Assembly (NCBI GenBank): GCA_963657885.1
Contig: CAVKNZ010000004.1
Location: forward strand, 331 to 64,330
Direction of reading: 5' to 3'
Length of the DNA: 64,000 bases
Origin: Bacteroidaceae bacterium
Lineage (GTDB): Bacteria; Bacillota_I; Bacilli_A; RFN20; CAG-826
The position numbers and the translations under genes are program-made. The notes beneath the pieces are model-generated. The model had not been told where the DNA came from. It made no database searches and saw only the letters and a program-made list of their open reading frames with translations. Shown here piece after piece: positions 62,518 through 64,000 of this stretch (the first letter of the stretch is position 1; every line of letters begins with the position of its first letter).

Positions 62518-63909
62518 TTATTGGACAATTTGTAAATCTTCTTTACAAGGATAGCTGCATTTTCTTTTCCAACGGCCGCTGAAAAACATGACAACGGAAA
62601 TAATGGCCCCAACACCCCAGCCTAAAGGCCAAGCAAAGTAAACTCCTTGATAGCCAAAAAAGTGACCTAAAATTAGCGCTGCTAGTACGCGCACTACTAA
62701 ATCAACAGATGTTCCTAAAGTGAAACCAAACATATCCATCGATCCTTTAAGCACGCCATCTAAAGGTATTTTGATGACCATGAAGATGAAGAAAGGAACG
62801 ATAGAAGAAATAAATAAAGTCCCTGAATTAACAATTTCAATTGTCTCATCGTTATTTTCGCTAGTTAGAAATAAATTCACCCAAAATTCGCGGAAAGGCA
62901 AAATTATAGCTGTCGCAATCGCACAGAAAATCGCACTTATAATAAGCGTTGAAAAATAGCCTTGCATGATGCGATTATACTTTTTAGCTCCCACATTTTG
63001 GGAAACAAAGTTTGTTAACGCATTGCATAAGACAGTAAAAATGTTAATTGCGATATAGCAAATCTTATAAGCTGCGCTATAACCGCCAGCAACATTATTG
63101 CCACCAACATTAGTTAAAATAGTCGTGATTAAAACACCACCAATCGAGATAAATAAGCCTTGAAGAATGCTTGGAATCGAGACTGAAACGATTTCTTTAA
63201 AGATATTTTTATCAAATCCTTTTACCTTCTTTTCATCCATCTTATCGATGCTTTTAAATAAAACTAATAACGATAATATCGCCGCGATGGCTTCTGAAAT
63301 GATCGTGCCTAACGCTAATCCAGCGCTATTAAGTTTAAAAGGCATGACAAATAATAAATCGAGGCCAACATTTAATAAGGTTGAAAAGATAAGGAAATAT
63401 AAAGGTGTCTTAGAATTACCAAAAGACTGAAACATGTACATCGAATAGTTATATATAAATAAGAAAATGATGCCAGCAATGTAGATGAGCATATAAAAAA
63501 GAGCTTCATTAAAGCAGTCATCATTTAGCGATGTATCAATCATCGCTTTTAATAAGGGATAGATGATAGCAAAACCAATAACTGTAGTAATTAAGCCTAA
63601 TATAAGAGTAGAAATTAGTCCAACTCGCGCGGCTTTCTTTAAGGAAATATAATCTTTCGCTCCGAAATATTTCGCGCTTATAACCCCGCAGCCAACGCCA
63701 AAGCCAACAGCAATATCTAAAAAAATAACGGTGATAGGATAGATGATACCAACCGCATTAAACGAATCGATAGAGTTGATGAAGTGACCAGCGATAAAAT
63801 TATCCGCTAAATTGTATAGTTGTTGCAATGTGACCGATAGAATCATTGGAATCGCAAATAGAAGAATTACGATGAATGGACTACCTTTACTCATGTCTTT
63901 ACTGTTCAT
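62518..63909 (-). CDS. MATE-family efflux transporter
   Basis: Start at ATG 63909 (MNSKDMSKGSPFIVILLFAIPM) with GAAGG upstream. 12-TM-like MatE layout. Confidence 0.85.
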   Translation of the reverse strand: MNSKDMSKGSPFIVILLFAIPMILSVTLQQLYNLADNFIAGHFINSIDSFNAVGIIYPITVIFLDIAVGFGVGCGVISAKYFGAKDYISLKKAARVGLISTLILGLITTVIGFAIIYPLLKAMIDTSLNDDCFNEALFYMLIYIAGIIFLFIYNYSMYMFQSFGNSKTPLYFLIFSTLLNVGLDLLFVMPFKLNSAGLALGTIISEAIAAILSLLVLFKSIDKMDEKKVKGFDKNIFKEIVSVSIPSILQGLFISIGGVLITTILTNVGGNNVAGGYSAAYKICYIAINIFTVLCNALTNFVSQNVGAKKYNRIMQGYFSTLIISAIFCAIATAIILPFREFWVNLFLTSENNDETIEIVNSGTLFISSIVPFFIFMVIKIPLDGVLKGSMDMFGFTLGTSVDLVVRVLAALILGHFFGYQGVYFAWPLGWGVGAIISVVMFFSGRWKRKCSYPCKEDLQIVQ

Positions 63910-64000
63910 AAAAAACCTTCTTTTCGACAAACGTTGCCTATTATAGTCCTATATGAGAAAGGTGACGAAAAAATCGTACTTTTTTTCTAGCAGTAAAGAA

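Noticed and set aside
1-64000. Mollicutes genetic code 4 (TGA = Trp)
   Set aside because: TGA terminates several well-defined genes at the expected family length (for example the DUF4417-like gene at 9998 and ORFs in the opp operon). Long conserved proteins (AddA, OppA, OYE reductase) are uninterrupted using TGG for Trp. The standard code 11 fits.

Overview
This is an AT-rich chromosome segment that uses the standard genetic code; TGA is a stop codon in many verified genes. The gene content looks like a low-GC Bacillota or wall-less Mollicutes-like organism (Acholeplasma or Erysipelotrichia style). It has compact AddAB, an Opp permease with greatly expanded OppC/D/F, and tail-anchored rather than LPXTG surface proteins. 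I call about 55 protein genes, mostly on the minus strand, and 2 tRNAs (His-GTG, Arg-TCG). Several genes are decayed: an IS1595-type transposase, two DUF4143-type ATPases, a HEPN remnant and a collagen-like gene. Housekeeping blocks are nudix-addA-addB, a fused MacB-like ABC transporter, a tcdA-cysK-cysE-membrane-plsC-lipid kinase operon, oppABCDF and two MATE pumps. There are three accessory blocks. (i) 4.8-12.3 kb, ending at the 3' side of tRNA-His, holds a COG2865/Schlafen-type regulator-ATPase, a TasA-like secreted protein, an IS remnant and an XRE-ImmA pair followed by a tightly coupled three-gene module. (ii) 23-26.8 kb, next to tRNA-Arg, holds nitroreductase, CAT, a ligase-like gene and a frameshifted ATPase. 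(iii) 40-51.5 kb is a surface-protein cluster. Three things look most novel. (a) Two paralogous Schlafen/AlbA_2-HATPase-wHTH genes each carry upstream arrays of an AATTGCGA-core repeat, and one of them is bracketed by 81-bp direct repeats. (b) The DUF4417-like / small basic / small acidic gene trio lies downstream of XRE-ImmA. (c) A family of four surface proteins, one with an Endonuclease I domain, shares a previously unnamed C-terminal helical module plus an S-rich linker, TM helix and KKRK tail. I saw no CRISPR array, cas genes, integrase, phage structural genes or recognisable published defence system. All family names come from motif recognition only, with no searches run. Hand-located coordinates are +/-2 nt.
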